Assembly: GCA_963663035.1 (NCBI GenBank)
Contig: OY760074.1
Span: 1,728,001 to 1,792,000 of the forward strand
Source of the DNA: Acidobacteriota bacterium
GTDB taxonomy: Bacteria; Acidobacteriota; UBA6911; RPQK01; JADFOI01
Length of the DNA: 64,000 nt
Direction: 5' to 3'
Shown here: positions 9,357 to 19,319 of the stretch, one piece after another
How positions within the stretch are numbered: position 1 is the first letter of the stretch
Layout: every line of letters begins with the position of its first letter
Program-made: the position numbers and the translations under genes
Notes under the pieces: model-generated
The model's database searches: none
Told to the model about the DNA's origin: nothing
Seen by the model: the letters and a program-made list of their open reading frames with translations, nothing else

Positions 9357-10172
9357 TTATTCAACGACTAATAATTCCTTGGCACGCTCGGCCGCTTTCA
9401 CCACGGCTTTGATCAGCGTGACGCGCAGCTTTCCTTCTTCCAGCTCAAGAATCCCGTCAATTGTACAGCCGGCTGGTGTGGTAACGGCATCCTTCAGGAG
9501 CGCGGGGTGGCTCCCAGTCTCGAGGATCATCCGAGAAGCTCCCTGTACGGTCTGAGCGGCTAAGAGGGTTGCCACATCTCGGGAAAGACCCACTTTGACT
9601 CCCGCTTCCGCCAGTGATTCCAGAATAATGAAGATAAAGGCGGGCCCACTGGCAGAAAGACCGGTTACCGCATCCATCTGTTTTTCTGCCACTAAAACCG
9701 TCAGCCCAACCGTGTCAAATAAGGTCCTGGCAGTTTCCACATCTGATTCTTCGGCAAATTGGCCCTTGCAAATTCCTGTCATCCCACAGTCTACGACGCA
9801 GGGGATGTTGGGCATGGCGCGCACCACCGGCACCTCGGAACCGAGGCTTTCTTCGATGTAAGGGGTCGGAACGGAAGCCGCTATGGAGATCAGCAGCTTG
9901 CCGGAGGTCATCTCTTCTCCAATCTCCTGAGCCACGATTCGCACGGTCTGAGGCTTCACACACAGCAGGACAAGGTCAGACTGCTTGACAGCCTGGCGGT
10001 TGTCAGTGGTGACGGAGATTCCCAGTTCTTGACTCAACGTCTGGGCTCTCTCAGGATGTCCTACCGTGGCCATCGTGTTCTTCGGCAGCAGGACCTTCTT
10101 CTTGAACAGTGCCTGAAGGAGTATTCCTCCCATCTTACCCAAACCCAGAAAGGCCACTTTCGTTTTATCCAT
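9357..10172 (-). CDS. proC: Pyrroline-5-carboxylate reductase
   Basis: Motifs FLGLGKMG, LCVKPQ, RAMPN, TGLSASGPAF, VTTPAGCTIDG. Probable ATG at 10172. Confidence 0.95.
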   Translation of the reverse strand: MDKTKVAFLGLGKMGGILLQALFKKKVLLPKNTMATVGHPERAQTLSQELGISVTTDNRQAVKQSDLVLLCVKPQTVRIVAQEIGEEMTSGKLLISIAASVPTPYIEESLGSEVPVVRAMPNIPCVVDCGMTGICKGQFAEESDVETARTLFDTVGLTVLVAEKQMDAVTGLSASGPAFIFIILESLAEAGVKVGLSRDVATLLAAQTVQGASRMILETGSHPALLKDAVTTPAGCTIDGILELEEGKLRVTLIKAVVKAAERAKELLVVE

Positions 10173-10229
10173 ACGTCTCTTCATCAGAAATCCATGATGG
10201 ACGACAGACAGGGCCGGAGTCAATTCGCC

Positions 10230-10814
10230 TCATCTTTCGCGGTAGGATTCAGCATAGATGCGCCGGAGGGGAGCTAGACAATATTCTTCGATCAAATCTC
10301 GAAGAATGTCCTTGCGGCTGAGAAGGAGATCCTCGTGAATGGGGTTGATCGCAAAGGAGAGCCGGATGATGTCTGCCTTGTCTTTACGCATGTCCAGACT
10401 CACCGACTGCCCCATCAGAGGCTTGAAGGAGAGAAGGTCTTGATAGGTAAAGTGATCAAAATCAGGTTCAGTCCACGGTTTTTCATTGCGGCTTCGCCAG
10501 AAATGAGATTTCAGTCGATTCACAAAGGCTTCATAGTCAAAGCCCTCAGACTTGTTATTCACACTTGATTCCACCAGGAACCGTTCATTTTCTCGCTTCA
10601 CACCCAGACCATAGGTGACATCGAGTTCCTGTTCGCGGGAAAACTTGATTCGATGATTTCCAGACTCGTGAAAACACTTCAGCTCCGGTTCGATTCCCAG
10701 GTCTCGACTGTCCTCATCGGTGACATAGTTTTGCCTCACCCGCTCATACCACTCATCAATTATCTGATGCGTGATCCGCTCGAGCTGCTGGTGTTGCTCT
10801 TCTTGGCTCAACAT
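10230..10814 (-). CDS. Hypothetical protein (194 aa)
   Basis: Long ORF co-oriented with proC, globular composition, no recognised motif. Confidence 0.7.
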   Translation of the reverse strand: MLSQEEQHQQLERITHQIIDEWYERVRQNYVTDEDSRDLGIEPELKCFHESGNHRIKFSREQELDVTYGLGVKRENERFLVESSVNNKSEGFDYEAFVNRLKSHFWRSRNEKPWTEPDFDHFTYQDLLSFKPLMGQSVSLDMRKDKADIIRLSFAINPIHEDLLLSRKDILRDLIEEYCLAPLRRIYAESYRER

Positions 10815-10896
10815 TGGAAAGGTACCCTATTTTCCAGAATTGTTATATAAAAGTAAATCATTGAGGGACTGACAATGCCTGCTCCAGCTCGCTAGT

Positions 10897-11107
10897 AGCC
10901 CACATTATGCATAGGTTTTCGTAGCGAAGTGGCGCAAGCGCCGCGATGACAAGGCGTGTGAGGGGTACCCGCTTGCGGGTCGCGCCCCGCAGGCGTATTC
11001 GTGCAGTACGCCGAGGAGCGCAAGGGGTACCCGCTTGCGGGTCGCACAACGCCGTCAACGAGGATGATTGCGACACTGCAGCAGAAAATTTATGCATAAT
11101 GTGGGCT
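10897..11107. mobile_element. MITE-like element with 17-bp perfect terminal inverted repeats
   Basis: AGCCCACATTATGCATA ... TATGCATAATGTGGGCT. Two internal GGGGTACCCGCTTGCGGGTCGC units. Confidence 0.75.
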
Positions 11108-11132
11108 GACCAATCACTACCCCTTGTTGCTG

Positions 11133-12731
11133 ATGCCCCGTTATAGAATTCTTGTCATCGCATCTATCTCACTCCTTTACTTGTTGGCTAGTGCGACGAG
11201 ACGTGACGTCCTTATCTACGATGAAGGCATTGTTGTTTATGCTGCCGAAAGAATTCTCAACGGTGAGATCCCTTACCGGGACTTTTGGGGGATCTACCCA
11301 CCCGGACAGTTCTATACGCTGGCTCTCGCCTTTAAGCTTTTCGGTACTTCACTTCTCGTTGAGCGCATTTGGGAAGCGACCATCCGGCTCTTCTTGTGTC
11401 TGGTCATTTACCAACTGACAGCCAAGCTTACTTCTCCCCCTATTGCTTTGACTACCTGGCTCTTGTCGGTGCCCGTCTTGGGAGCGACTGGGTTTTATGG
11501 CTACCCAATGTTTACCGCTCTTGTCTTGAGTCTTTTCAGTGCACTCTGTTTTTTGAATTTCCTCAGCAAGAGAAGGCATCTCTGGCTGGTCCTGTGTGGC
11601 CTGTCCACGGGCCTGACTGCTCTTTATCGACACGACGTAGGCTTCTACACTTTGGCGGCAGAGGTCATCGTTCTGGGCGCCTTCTTTTACCATTCGTCGA
11701 GAAACCTGAGCTCTACACAGAGGCAAGGGAGCTTCCTACACAGCTTTCTTTTATATATTGCCGCTACAGCACTTCCGGTCGGCCTGATAACTGCATATCT
11801 GTTGGGTGTCGTCCCCATCCGTGACCTGTGGGAGAGCTTGTTTGTTTTTCCGGCAACGGTCTTCCCTGCCATGCGCTCCCTACCCTATCCTCCACTGATC
11901 CCTGACCTTGGACAACTTGATTTCAAGCGGTGGCTCAGCTTTTATCTTCCTCTTCTCGTCTACTTGGGAAGTTGCGCCAAAGCCTGGTCACTGTTTAGGA
12001 GACCTGAACGTCCGGGCTCTGAGGGCGACCCATTGTGGGGAATCATTCTTTTCACTCTCCTGGGCATGGGCTTGTTCGCGCAGTCGCTCAATCGAGCCGA
12101 TAGTATTCACATGCTGCCTACGAGTTTTCCGGCTTTTGTTTTGCTCATGACATTGCTTTCTCCCAGTATCACTGGTTGGATCGAACCAAGACGGCAGACA
12201 GCCCGAAAGGTGGGACTTGGTTTGTTCCTTGCCGTCCTGCCCTTTCTCTTCATGCAAGTCAGGGAATGGTCGATACAGTCTTCTTTTTATTTACCGTTTG
12301 AATGTCCCTCGCCGTTAGAAAGGGCAGGCTGCATTCCTGTCAGTAAAGAGCAGGAACTAGCTGTTCAATTCATTCAGGCGGCAGTTCCAGAGGGGAGTCC
12401 AATCTTTGTTGGACTTTCAAGACACGATCGTATTTTCATCAACGATATAGTCTTTTACTTCTTGTCTAAACGGCCAAGTGCTACGAAATACCATTATCTG
12501 CACCCGGGGTCTGCCACCACATTGCCAGTACAAGAGAGGATCATCGACGATATACAGCGAAGCGGGGTGCAATACATAGTGCTATTTGGTGGAACAGAGC
12601 ACGTCGTTGAACCAAACGAGAGTGGTATCAGCAGCGGGGTGCATGCACTGGATGCTTTTATTCAGCAGAATTACAGCGAAGATCGTCAATTTGGAGCCTA
12701 CTCTATCTGGAACAAAAAGGAAGGGCTCTGA
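11133..12731 (+). CDS. GT-C fold (ArnT/PMT-like) integral membrane glycosyltransferase
   Basis: YDEG motif after TM1, GEIPYRDFW..YPPG, many TMs, soluble C-terminal domain. Confidence 0.8.
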   Translation: MPRYRILVIASISLLYLLASATRRDVLIYDEGIVVYAAERILNGEIPYRDFWGIYPPGQFYTLALAFKLFGTSLLVERIWEATIRLFLCLVIYQLTAKLTSPPIALTTWLLSVPVLGATGFYGYPMFTALVLSLFSALCFLNFLSKRRHLWLVLCGLSTGLTALYRHDVGFYTLAAEVIVLGAFFYHSSRNLSSTQRQGSFLHSFLLYIAATALPVGLITAYLLGVVPIRDLWESLFVFPATVFPAMRSLPYPPLIPDLGQLDFKRWLSFYLPLLVYLGSCAKAWSLFRRPERPGSEGDPLWGIILFTLLGMGLFAQSLNRADSIHMLPTSFPAFVLLMTLLSPSITGWIEPRRQTARKVGLGLFLAVLPFLFMQVREWSIQSSFYLPFECPSPLERAGCIPVSKEQELAVQFIQAAVPEGSPIFVGLSRHDRIFINDIVFYFLSKRPSATKYHYLHPGSATTLPVQERIIDDIQRSGVQYIVLFGGTEHVVEPNESGISSGVHALDAFIQQNYSEDRQFGAYSIWNKKEGL

Positions 12732-12736
12732 TCCAG

Positions 12737-12764
12737 TAGCCCGAATTATGCATAATCCGGACTA
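12737..12764. repeat. Fused MITE ends (internally empty element) between convergent genes
   Basis: TAGCCCGAATTATGCATAATCCGGACTA is a near-palindrome resembling the TIRs of 10897-11107. Confidence 0.55.
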
Positions 12765-12968
12765 GGGTGGATCTGGAACAGCTTGATACTCCATCCTGAT
12801 CTGGTCCTTCAAGAGATCAACCGCCTCCTCCTCACCCTTCCCTATGGCTGAGAAGGGGCGAACCCGGACAAACATGCCTTCCCTGGGCACCCGGGCTGCC
12901 GCCAAACACAGCTCCCCCATCGGCTCAATGGTAATCGTAAACCGAAGGCCCTTGTGTTCCCACTCCAT
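12762..12968 (-). CDS. Small hypothetical protein (68 aa)
   Basis: ORF with ATG start filling the gap, divergent from glnA. Confidence 0.55.
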   Translation of the reverse strand: MEWEHKGLRFTITIEPMGELCLAAARVPREGMFVRVRPFSAIGKGEEEAVDLLKDQIRMEYQAVPDPP

Positions 12969-13100
12969 AGGGTTTTAAGTATAACTGACTGCTTGCCTCT
13001 TACAGGCCGGCAGAGGCGAAATTATTTGGGCGGAGAAGAAAGATTTGGACTTTCCCTTCCCTACTGAATACAATCCTCCAGAAAAAAAGGTAGGTGAAGC

Positions 13101-14516
13101 ATGACTCCAGACCAAGTATTGAAGCAAATCAAAGACGACGGGATCCAAATGGTGGATCTGCGGTTTGTGGACTTTCCCGGGCTGACTCAGCACTTCTCGG
13201 TACTGCCCAGGGTCCTGACCGCAGACAAGTTCCAGGAAGGCTTTGGATTTGACGGGTCGTCCATCCGCGGCTGGCGGAACATCCACGAATCGGACATGCT
13301 GGTGATACCGGATCCGGAGACCTCATTCATTGATCCTTTCTTCGAGCATCCCACCCTGGTGATGATGTGCGACATCCTGGATCCGGTTACGCGCGAAGCT
13401 TACGGCCGGTGTCCGCGAACGATCCTGAAGAAGGCGGTGGCCCACCTCCAGTCCACAGGCGTGGCCGACGCAGCCTTCTTCGGACCGGAGGCCGAGTTCT
13501 TCATCTTCGACGATGTGCGCTTCGACACTCGGGAACACGAGTCCTTCTACTATGTCGACAGCATCGAGGGACAGTGGAACACGGGGCGGGAAGAACCGGG
13601 CGGGAACCTCGGCTTCAAGCCGCGCCACAAGGAGGGATACTTCCCGACGCCACCGACCGACAAGTTCCAGGACCTCCGCACCGAAATGGTCCTGAACATG
13701 GAGCGCTGCGGAATCGAGGTCGAGATGCAGCACCACGAGGTGGCCACCGCCGGCCAAGCGGAGATCGACCTGAAGTTCGACAAGATCCTGAGGATGGCTG
13801 ACAGGCTGGTACTTTACAAGTACATTGTGAAGAACACTGCCATCCGCCATGGCAAGACGGCGACTTTCATGCCCAAGCCCCTCTGGAATGACAACGCCAG
13901 CGGGATGCACGTCCACCAGAGCCTGTGGAAGGATGGCAAGCCGCTCTTCGCCGGGGACGGTTACGCGGGCTTCAGCGAGCTGGGGCTGCACTACATCGGC
14001 GGTCTGCTCAAGCACGCGAAAGCGCTAGTGGCTCTCACGGCTCCCACCACCAACAGCTTCAAGCGGCTGGTCCCCGGATTCGAAGCACCGGTCAACCTGG
14101 CTTACTCCAGCCGAAACCGGTCAGCCTGTTGCCGGATTCCCGTATACGCCTCCAGCCCGAAGTCGAGGCGGGTCGAGTTCCGGCCGCCCGATCCCTCCTG
14201 CAACCCCTACCTCGCTTTCGCTGGACTGCTCATGGCCGGCCTGGATGGTGTGCTCAATAAAATCCATCCGGGCGAGCCGGTCGACAAGGATCTGTACAAC
14301 CTGCCGCCGGAAGAGGCCGCCAAAATCGAGCAGCTTCCGGGGTCGCTGGCAGAGGCGCTCGACATCCTCGCGGGCGACCACCAATGGCTCTTGGAGGGCG
14401 ATGTGTTCAGCGATGACGTCATTCATACCTGGCTTGAGTACAAGCGCGAAAACGAGGTCAATGAGGTGAATCAGCGGCCGCACCCGTACGAGTTCCACTT
14501 GTACTACGACGTGTAG
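13101..14516 (+). CDS. glnA: Glutamine synthetase type I
   Basis: Motifs [54 protein letters not shown], and an adenylylation-type site KDLYNLP. Confidence 0.98.
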   Translation: MTPDQVLKQIKDDGIQMVDLRFVDFPGLTQHFSVLPRVLTADKFQEGFGFDGSSIRGWRNIHESDMLVIPDPETSFIDPFFEHPTLVMMCDILDPVTREAYGRCPRTILKKAVAHLQSTGVADAAFFGPEAEFFIFDDVRFDTREHESFYYVDSIEGQWNTGREEPGGNLGFKPRHKEGYFPTPPTDKFQDLRTEMVLNMERCGIEVEMQHHEVATAGQAEIDLKFDKILRMADRLVLYKYIVKNTAIRHGKTATFMPKPLWNDNASGMHVHQSLWKDGKPLFAGDGYAGFSELGLHYIGGLLKHAKALVALTAPTTNSFKRLVPGFEAPVNLAYSSRNRSACCRIPVYASSPKSRRVEFRPPDPSCNPYLAFAGLLMAGLDGVLNKIHPGEPVDKDLYNLPPEEAAKIEQLPGSLAEALDILAGDHQWLLEGDVFSDDVIHTWLEYKRENEVNEVNQRPHPYEFHLYYDV

Positions 14517-14652
14517 CCCACATTGTACTACGAGGTTTAGCCCGCGCTTCTGGAAGTCAGTCAAGGCTTGAATTTTTCCCGTCTCCGCGATAGAATTTCT
14601 TGGGTAAGTCGATTTCCTACATCTTTTTCTCTAACTAGAATAGGAAGAGGAC

Positions 14653-17600
14653 ATGCATTTTCCAGGGCGCCAAGGTCTGTATGACCCGCGCAACGAAAAG
14701 GACAGCTGTGGTATCGGTTTCTTGGCCAATATCAAGGGTCAGAGGAGTCATCAGATCCTGGTCGATGCCAGTGAAATGCTGATCAACCTGAGTCACCGCG
14801 GCGTCTGCGGTGCTGAAGCCAATACGGGAGATGGCGCCGGTTTTCTGACGGCTCTCCCCTATGAATTTCTGGCCAAGGCCTCCCAGAAGGATCTGGGCCT
14901 GAGTCTGCCACCTGCAGGCAAATTCGGCGCCGGAGTGGTCTTCCTGCCCACCATTGACAAAGAACGGGACCGCTGCAAGGCCGTCATCCGCGACATTGTC
15001 TCCGAGCAGGGGCAGCAACTCCTGGGATGGAGAACGGTTCCCACCGACGCCAAGGGAGCCGATATTGGTCCTGCAGCTCAGGCTTCACAACCGGCCATCG
15101 AGCAGCTTTTCATTGCCTCTGGAGATGATCTGGAGGGTGCAGCATTCGAGCGCCAGCTCTATATCATTCGAAAGCGCGCCAGCCATCTGCTGCGAGGCTC
15201 AGAGATGGAGCAGGCCAAGATGTTCTACATCTGCAGCCTTTCAACCCGGGTTCTGGTCTACAAGGGCCAGCTCATGCCCAAGCAGCTTGTTCCCTTCTAT
15301 CCCGACCTGGCCAACAGCGACTATTCAAGCCACCTGGCTATGATTCATTCCCGCTTCTCCACCAATACCTTTCCCTCCTGGGACCGAGCTCAACCGAACC
15401 GCTTCATGTGCCACAACGGCGAAATCAATACCCTGCAGGGGAATACCAACTGGATGCGGGCACGCGAGGGTGTGGTGAAAAGCGACCTCTTTGGAGATGA
15501 ACTCAGCAAAGTGTTTCCGATTATAGAGCCCGACTGCTCCGACTCGGGAAATTTTGACAACGCTCTGGAATTTCTCATCATGACGGGGCGCAGCTTGCCG
15601 GAAGCGGTCATGATGATGATCCCGGAGGCCTGGGAGAATCACGAGAGCATGTCCCAGGACAAAAGGGACTTTTACGAATACCACTCCTGTTTGATGGAAC
15701 CCTGGGATGGACCGGCTTCCATCGCCTTTACGGACGGGCATTACATTGGCGCCGTCCTGGACCGAAACGGTCTTCGCCCCAGCCGTTATTACGTCACTTT
15801 TGATGACCGGGTCATTATGGCCTCAGAGGTGGGAGTCCTTGCGGTCGATCCCGCCATCGTCAAGCTCAAAGGACGGCTGCAGCCGGGAAAGATTTTCCTG
15901 GTCAATTTCGAGGAAGGGCGGATCGTGGCTGACGGGGAGTTGAAGAATGATCTTGCCAGTCGCCGTCCCTATGGGAAGTGGATCGGGAAGCAACGAATCC
16001 AACTGGAAGACCTCAAACCCAAATCAAAGCCTCCCGGCCTGGATCAGACAACTCTTCTTCCTCGTCTGCAGGCCTTCGGCTACACCCTCGAGACCTTTCA
16101 GTTCATGCTTCTCCCCCTGGTCCGGGAGAAACGCGATCCGGTAGGATCAATGGGCAACGACTCTGCCCTTTCCTGTCTTTCGGATCAACCTCATCTTCTC
16201 TACGATTATTTCAAACAGCTCTTCGCACAGGTCACTAATCCGGCCATTGATTCAATCCGCGAAGAGGTCATCATGTCCTTGAAGTGCTACATCGGGCCCG
16301 AGGGCAACCTGCTGGAGACGACCGAGGCCCAAGCTCACCGGCTGCTGGTCAACCATCCGATTCTGAGCAACCAAGAGTTGGCAGCCATCAAGGATATGGA
16401 CTCCGGCGGCTGGAAAACCCAGACCCTTGACCTCACCTGGCCCAAGTCGGAGGGACAAGAGGGTATGGTCGCCGCTCTGGACCGCATCTGTGCCCAAGCT
16501 GAAAAGGCCATCGATGACGGATTTAGCCTCCTGGTCCTCTCTGATCGCGCCGTCGGCAATGACCGAGTGCCTCTGAGCTCTCTGATGGCCTGCGGGGCCG
16601 TGCACAATCATCTGGTGCGCTCGGCCAAGCGCACCCGCATTGGAATCGTGCTGGAATCAGGAGAAGCCCGGGAGGTCCATCATCACTGCCTCCTCATCGG
16701 CTATGGCGCTGATGCCATCAATCCTTATCTGGTCTTCGAAGCACTCCGTCAGGTTTGCAGGGATGGTCTCCTGGAAGACGAGTACACTGATGAGACGATC
16801 ATAGCGGCCTATCGAAAGGGCGTGGCCAAGGGAATGCTCAAGGTCATGGCCAAGATGGGTATTTCCACCCTTCAGAGTTACAAGGGCGCCCAGATCTTCG
16901 AAGCGGTGGGCCTTGGAGCGGACATCATCGACCGGTGCTTTACCGGAACGGCCAGCCGGGTCCAGGGTGTTGACCTGGATGTGCTTGCCACAGAGGCGGT
17001 GCGCCGCCACGCCCTTGGCTATCCCGAGCGGAAAAACGACATTCAGGCTGTACTCCCCAACCCGGGGGAATTTCACTGGAGGGCCAGGGGCGAAAAGCAC
17101 GCCTGGACCCCGCAGGTCATATCCGACCTGCAGGTGGCAGCGCGTACCGATAGCCGAGAGGCCTACCAGCGCTTTGCCAAGCTCATCAATAAGGACTCCC
17201 GAACTCGCTGCACCCTGCGGGGGCTCCTGCGATTTCGGAAGAAAGTCAACTCGGGCCCGATTCCTCTGGAAGAAGTAGAGCCGGCCAGCGAAATCGTCAA
17301 GCGTTTCTGCACCGGCGCCATGAGCTTCGGGTCGATTTCCAAAGAAACTCACGAATCCCTGGCCTTGGCCATGAATCGCATCGGCGGGAAGTCCAACACC
17401 GGTGAGGGCGGTGAAGACCCGAAGCGCTTCCTGCCCCTCCCCAATGGGGATTCAAAGCGCTCGGCCATTAAACAGGTGGCCTCCGGTCGCTTCGGTGTGA
17501 CCATGTGGTACCTGACCAACGCCGATGAGCTCCAGATCAAAATCGCCCAGGGGGCAAAGCCCGGTGAAGGAGGTGAGCTTCCCGGCTATAAAGTGGATAA

Positions 17601-19194
17601 GGTCATTGCCAGGATCCGCTACTCCACGCCCGGGGTGGGACTGATTAGCCCACCGCCGCACCACGACATTTATTCCATTGAGGATCTCAAGCAGCTGATC
17701 CACGATCTGAAGAACTCCAATCCCAGTGCTCGGATCAGCGTCAAGCTGGTCTCAGAGGTAGGAGTGGGGACCATTGCTGCTGGTGTGACCAAAGCCCGCG
17801 CGGATCACATTCTGATTTCAGGGCACTCGGGCGGAACCGGGGCATCACCCCTGACCAGCATCAAGCATGCCGGATTGCCCTGGGAGTTGGGAATTGCGGA
17901 AACCCATCAGACTCTCGTGCTCAATGACTTGCGCTCGCGGGTCATCTTGCAAACTGATGGCGGATTGAAAACCGGGCGCGATGTGGTGGTGGCTGCTCTG
18001 CTGGGTGCTGAAGAGTTTGGCTTTTCCACGGCGCCCCTGGTGACTCTTGGCTGCATCATGATGCGCAAGTGTCATCTCAATACTTGCCCGGTGGGGATCG
18101 CGACCCAGAACCCGGTTTTACGGGAAAGGTTCAGAGGACAACCTGAGCATGTGATGAACTACTTGTTCCTGGTGGCCGAAGAGGCCAGGCAATACATGGC
18201 GAAACTGGGCTTTCGCAAGATCGATGAGATGATTGGCCGGGTGGATGCTCTGGTCACTGACAGCGCTGTTCGACACTGGAAAGCAGACGGCCTGGATCTT
18301 ACCCCGATCCTCACTCCAGCCCAGAAACCTCACGAGCAGGTGGAGGTCTACTGCACAATCCCTCAAGATCACGGTCTGGATAAGGCCCTCGACAACGAGC
18401 TCATCAAGCGCTGCCAGAGGGCCATCGAGAAGGGCGAAAAGGTCAGAATCGAGATGCCCATTCTAAATACCAACCTCACCGCAGGCACAATGCTGAGCCA
18501 CGAGATCGCCAAACAGTGGGGAGAAGAGGGTCTGCCGGATGAAACGATCCACATCAAGTTCAAGGGATCAGCGGGCCAGAGCCTGGCCTCCTGGCTGGTG
18601 AAAGGTGTGACCATCGAACTTGAGGGCGATGCCAACGACTACGTGGGCAAGGGCCTCTCGGGCGGCCGTCTGATCATCTACCCACCTCAGACCTCACGGT
18701 TCCCGGCCGAGGAAAACATCCTGATAGGCAATGTCGTCCTCTACGGCGCCACAAGTGGGGAGGCCTATTTCCGGGGTCGCGCTGCCGAAAGATTTTGCGT
18801 ACGGAATTCGGGTGCCCACACCGTGATCGAAGGGATAGGAGATCACGGCTGCGAGTACATGACCGGTGGCCGGGTGGTTATTCTTGGTCCTACCGGACGC
18901 AACTTCGCGGCCGGGATGAGTGGCGGTATCGCCTACGTCTGGGATATTGAGGGCGACTTCAGGGGCAACTGCAACCTGGGAATGGTCGAACTGCAACGCC
19001 TCGAGTCCGAGGAAGAGATAGCTGCACTTCTCGAGCTCATCGAGCGCCACCACCGATTCACAGGTTCGACGGTCGCTGAGAAAGTGCTCTCACAATGGGA
19101 CTCCATCCTCCCTCAATTTGTGAAAGTCATGCCCACCGATTACAAGCGGTTTCTGGAAGAACAGGAGCGGGAGCAAGACATAGAAGCCGCTTAG
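14653..19194 (+). CDS. gltB: Glutamate synthase large subunit
   Basis: EKDSCGIGF (N-terminal nucleophile Cys), HSRFSTNTFPSW, KSNTGEGG, GAKPGEGG, CHLNTCPVG, GXGXG domain. Confidence 0.98.
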   Translation: MHFPGRQGLYDPRNEKDSCGIGFLANIKGQRSHQILVDASEMLINLSHRGVCGAEANTGDGAGFLTALPYEFLAKASQKDLGLSLPPAGKFGAGVVFLPTIDKERDRCKAVIRDIVSEQGQQLLGWRTVPTDAKGADIGPAAQASQPAIEQLFIASGDDLEGAAFERQLYIIRKRASHLLRGSEMEQAKMFYICSLSTRVLVYKGQLMPKQLVPFYPDLANSDYSSHLAMIHSRFSTNTFPSWDRAQPNRFMCHNGEINTLQGNTNWMRAREGVVKSDLFGDELSKVFPIIEPDCSDSGNFDNALEFLIMTGRSLPEAVMMMIPEAWENHESMSQDKRDFYEYHSCLMEPWDGPASIAFTDGHYIGAVLDRNGLRPSRYYVTFDDRVIMASEVGVLAVDPAIVKLKGRLQPGKIFLVNFEEGRIVADGELKNDLASRRPYGKWIGKQRIQLEDLKPKSKPPGLDQTTLLPRLQAFGYTLETFQFMLLPLVREKRDPVGSMGNDSALSCLSDQPHLLYDYFKQLFAQVTNPAIDSIREEVIMSLKCYIGPEGNLLETTEAQAHRLLVNHPILSNQELAAIKDMDSGGWKTQTLDLTWPKSEGQEGMVAALDRICAQAEKAIDDGFSLLVLSDRAVGNDRVPLSSLMACGAVHNHLVRSAKRTRIGIVLESGEAREVHHHCLLIGYGADAINPYLVFEALRQVCRDGLLEDEYTDETIIAAYRKGVAKGMLKVMAKMGISTLQSYKGAQIFEAVGLGADIIDRCFTGTASRVQGVDLDVLATEAVRRHALGYPERKNDIQAVLPNPGEFHWRARGEKHAWTPQVISDLQVAARTDSREAYQRFAKLINKDSRTRCTLRGLLRFRKKVNSGPIPLEEVEPASEIVKRFCTGAMSFGSISKETHESLALAMNRIGGKSNTGEGGEDPKRFLPLPNGDSKRSAIKQVASGRFGVTMWYLTNADELQIKIAQGAKPGEGGELPGYKVDKVIARIRYSTPGVGLISPPPHHDIYSIEDLKQLIHDLKNSNPSARISVKLVSEVGVGTIAAGVTKARADHILISGHSGGTGASPLTSIKHAGLPWELGIAETHQTLVLNDLRSRVILQTDGGLKTGRDVVVAALLGAEEFGFSTAPLVTLGCIMMRKCHLNTCPVGIATQNPVLRERFRGQPEHVMNYLFLVAEEARQYMAKLGFRKIDEMIGRVDALVTDSAVRHWKADGLDLTPILTPAQKPHEQVEVYCTIPQDHGLDKALDNELIKRCQRAIEKGEKVRIEMPILNTNLTAGTMLSHEIAKQWGEEGLPDETIHIKFKGSAGQSLASWLVKGVTIELEGDANDYVGKGLSGGRLIIYPPQTSRFPAEENILIGNVVLYGATSGEAYFRGRAAERFCVRNSGAHTVIEGIGDHGCEYMTGGRVVILGPTGRNFAAGMSGGIAYVWDIEGDFRGNCNLGMVELQRLESEEEIAALLELIERHHRFTGSTVAEKVLSQWDSILPQFVKVMPTDYKRFLEEQEREQDIEAA

Positions 19195-19256
19195 CCGGGA
19201 TTATTCATAGGTTCTCGTCACGAAGCGGCGAAAGCGCCGGACTGACGGTCAACGAT
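19192..19256 (+). repeat. Partial copy of the MITE starting at the gltB TAG stop
   Basis: tagccgggattattcataggttctcgtcacgaagcggcgaaagcgcc aligns with the left end of 10897-11107. Confidence 0.6.
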
Positions 19257-19319
19257 TGATCTTGAGCCGTTGGACCCGCAGGCTGAGAGGGAAAAGACGG
19301 CTGATAAAGGAGGAGAACC

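Noticed and set aside
10858-11146. Short ORFs on both strands
   Set aside because: They lie within the GC-rich MITE and have Arg/Ala-rich composition typical of non-coding DNA.
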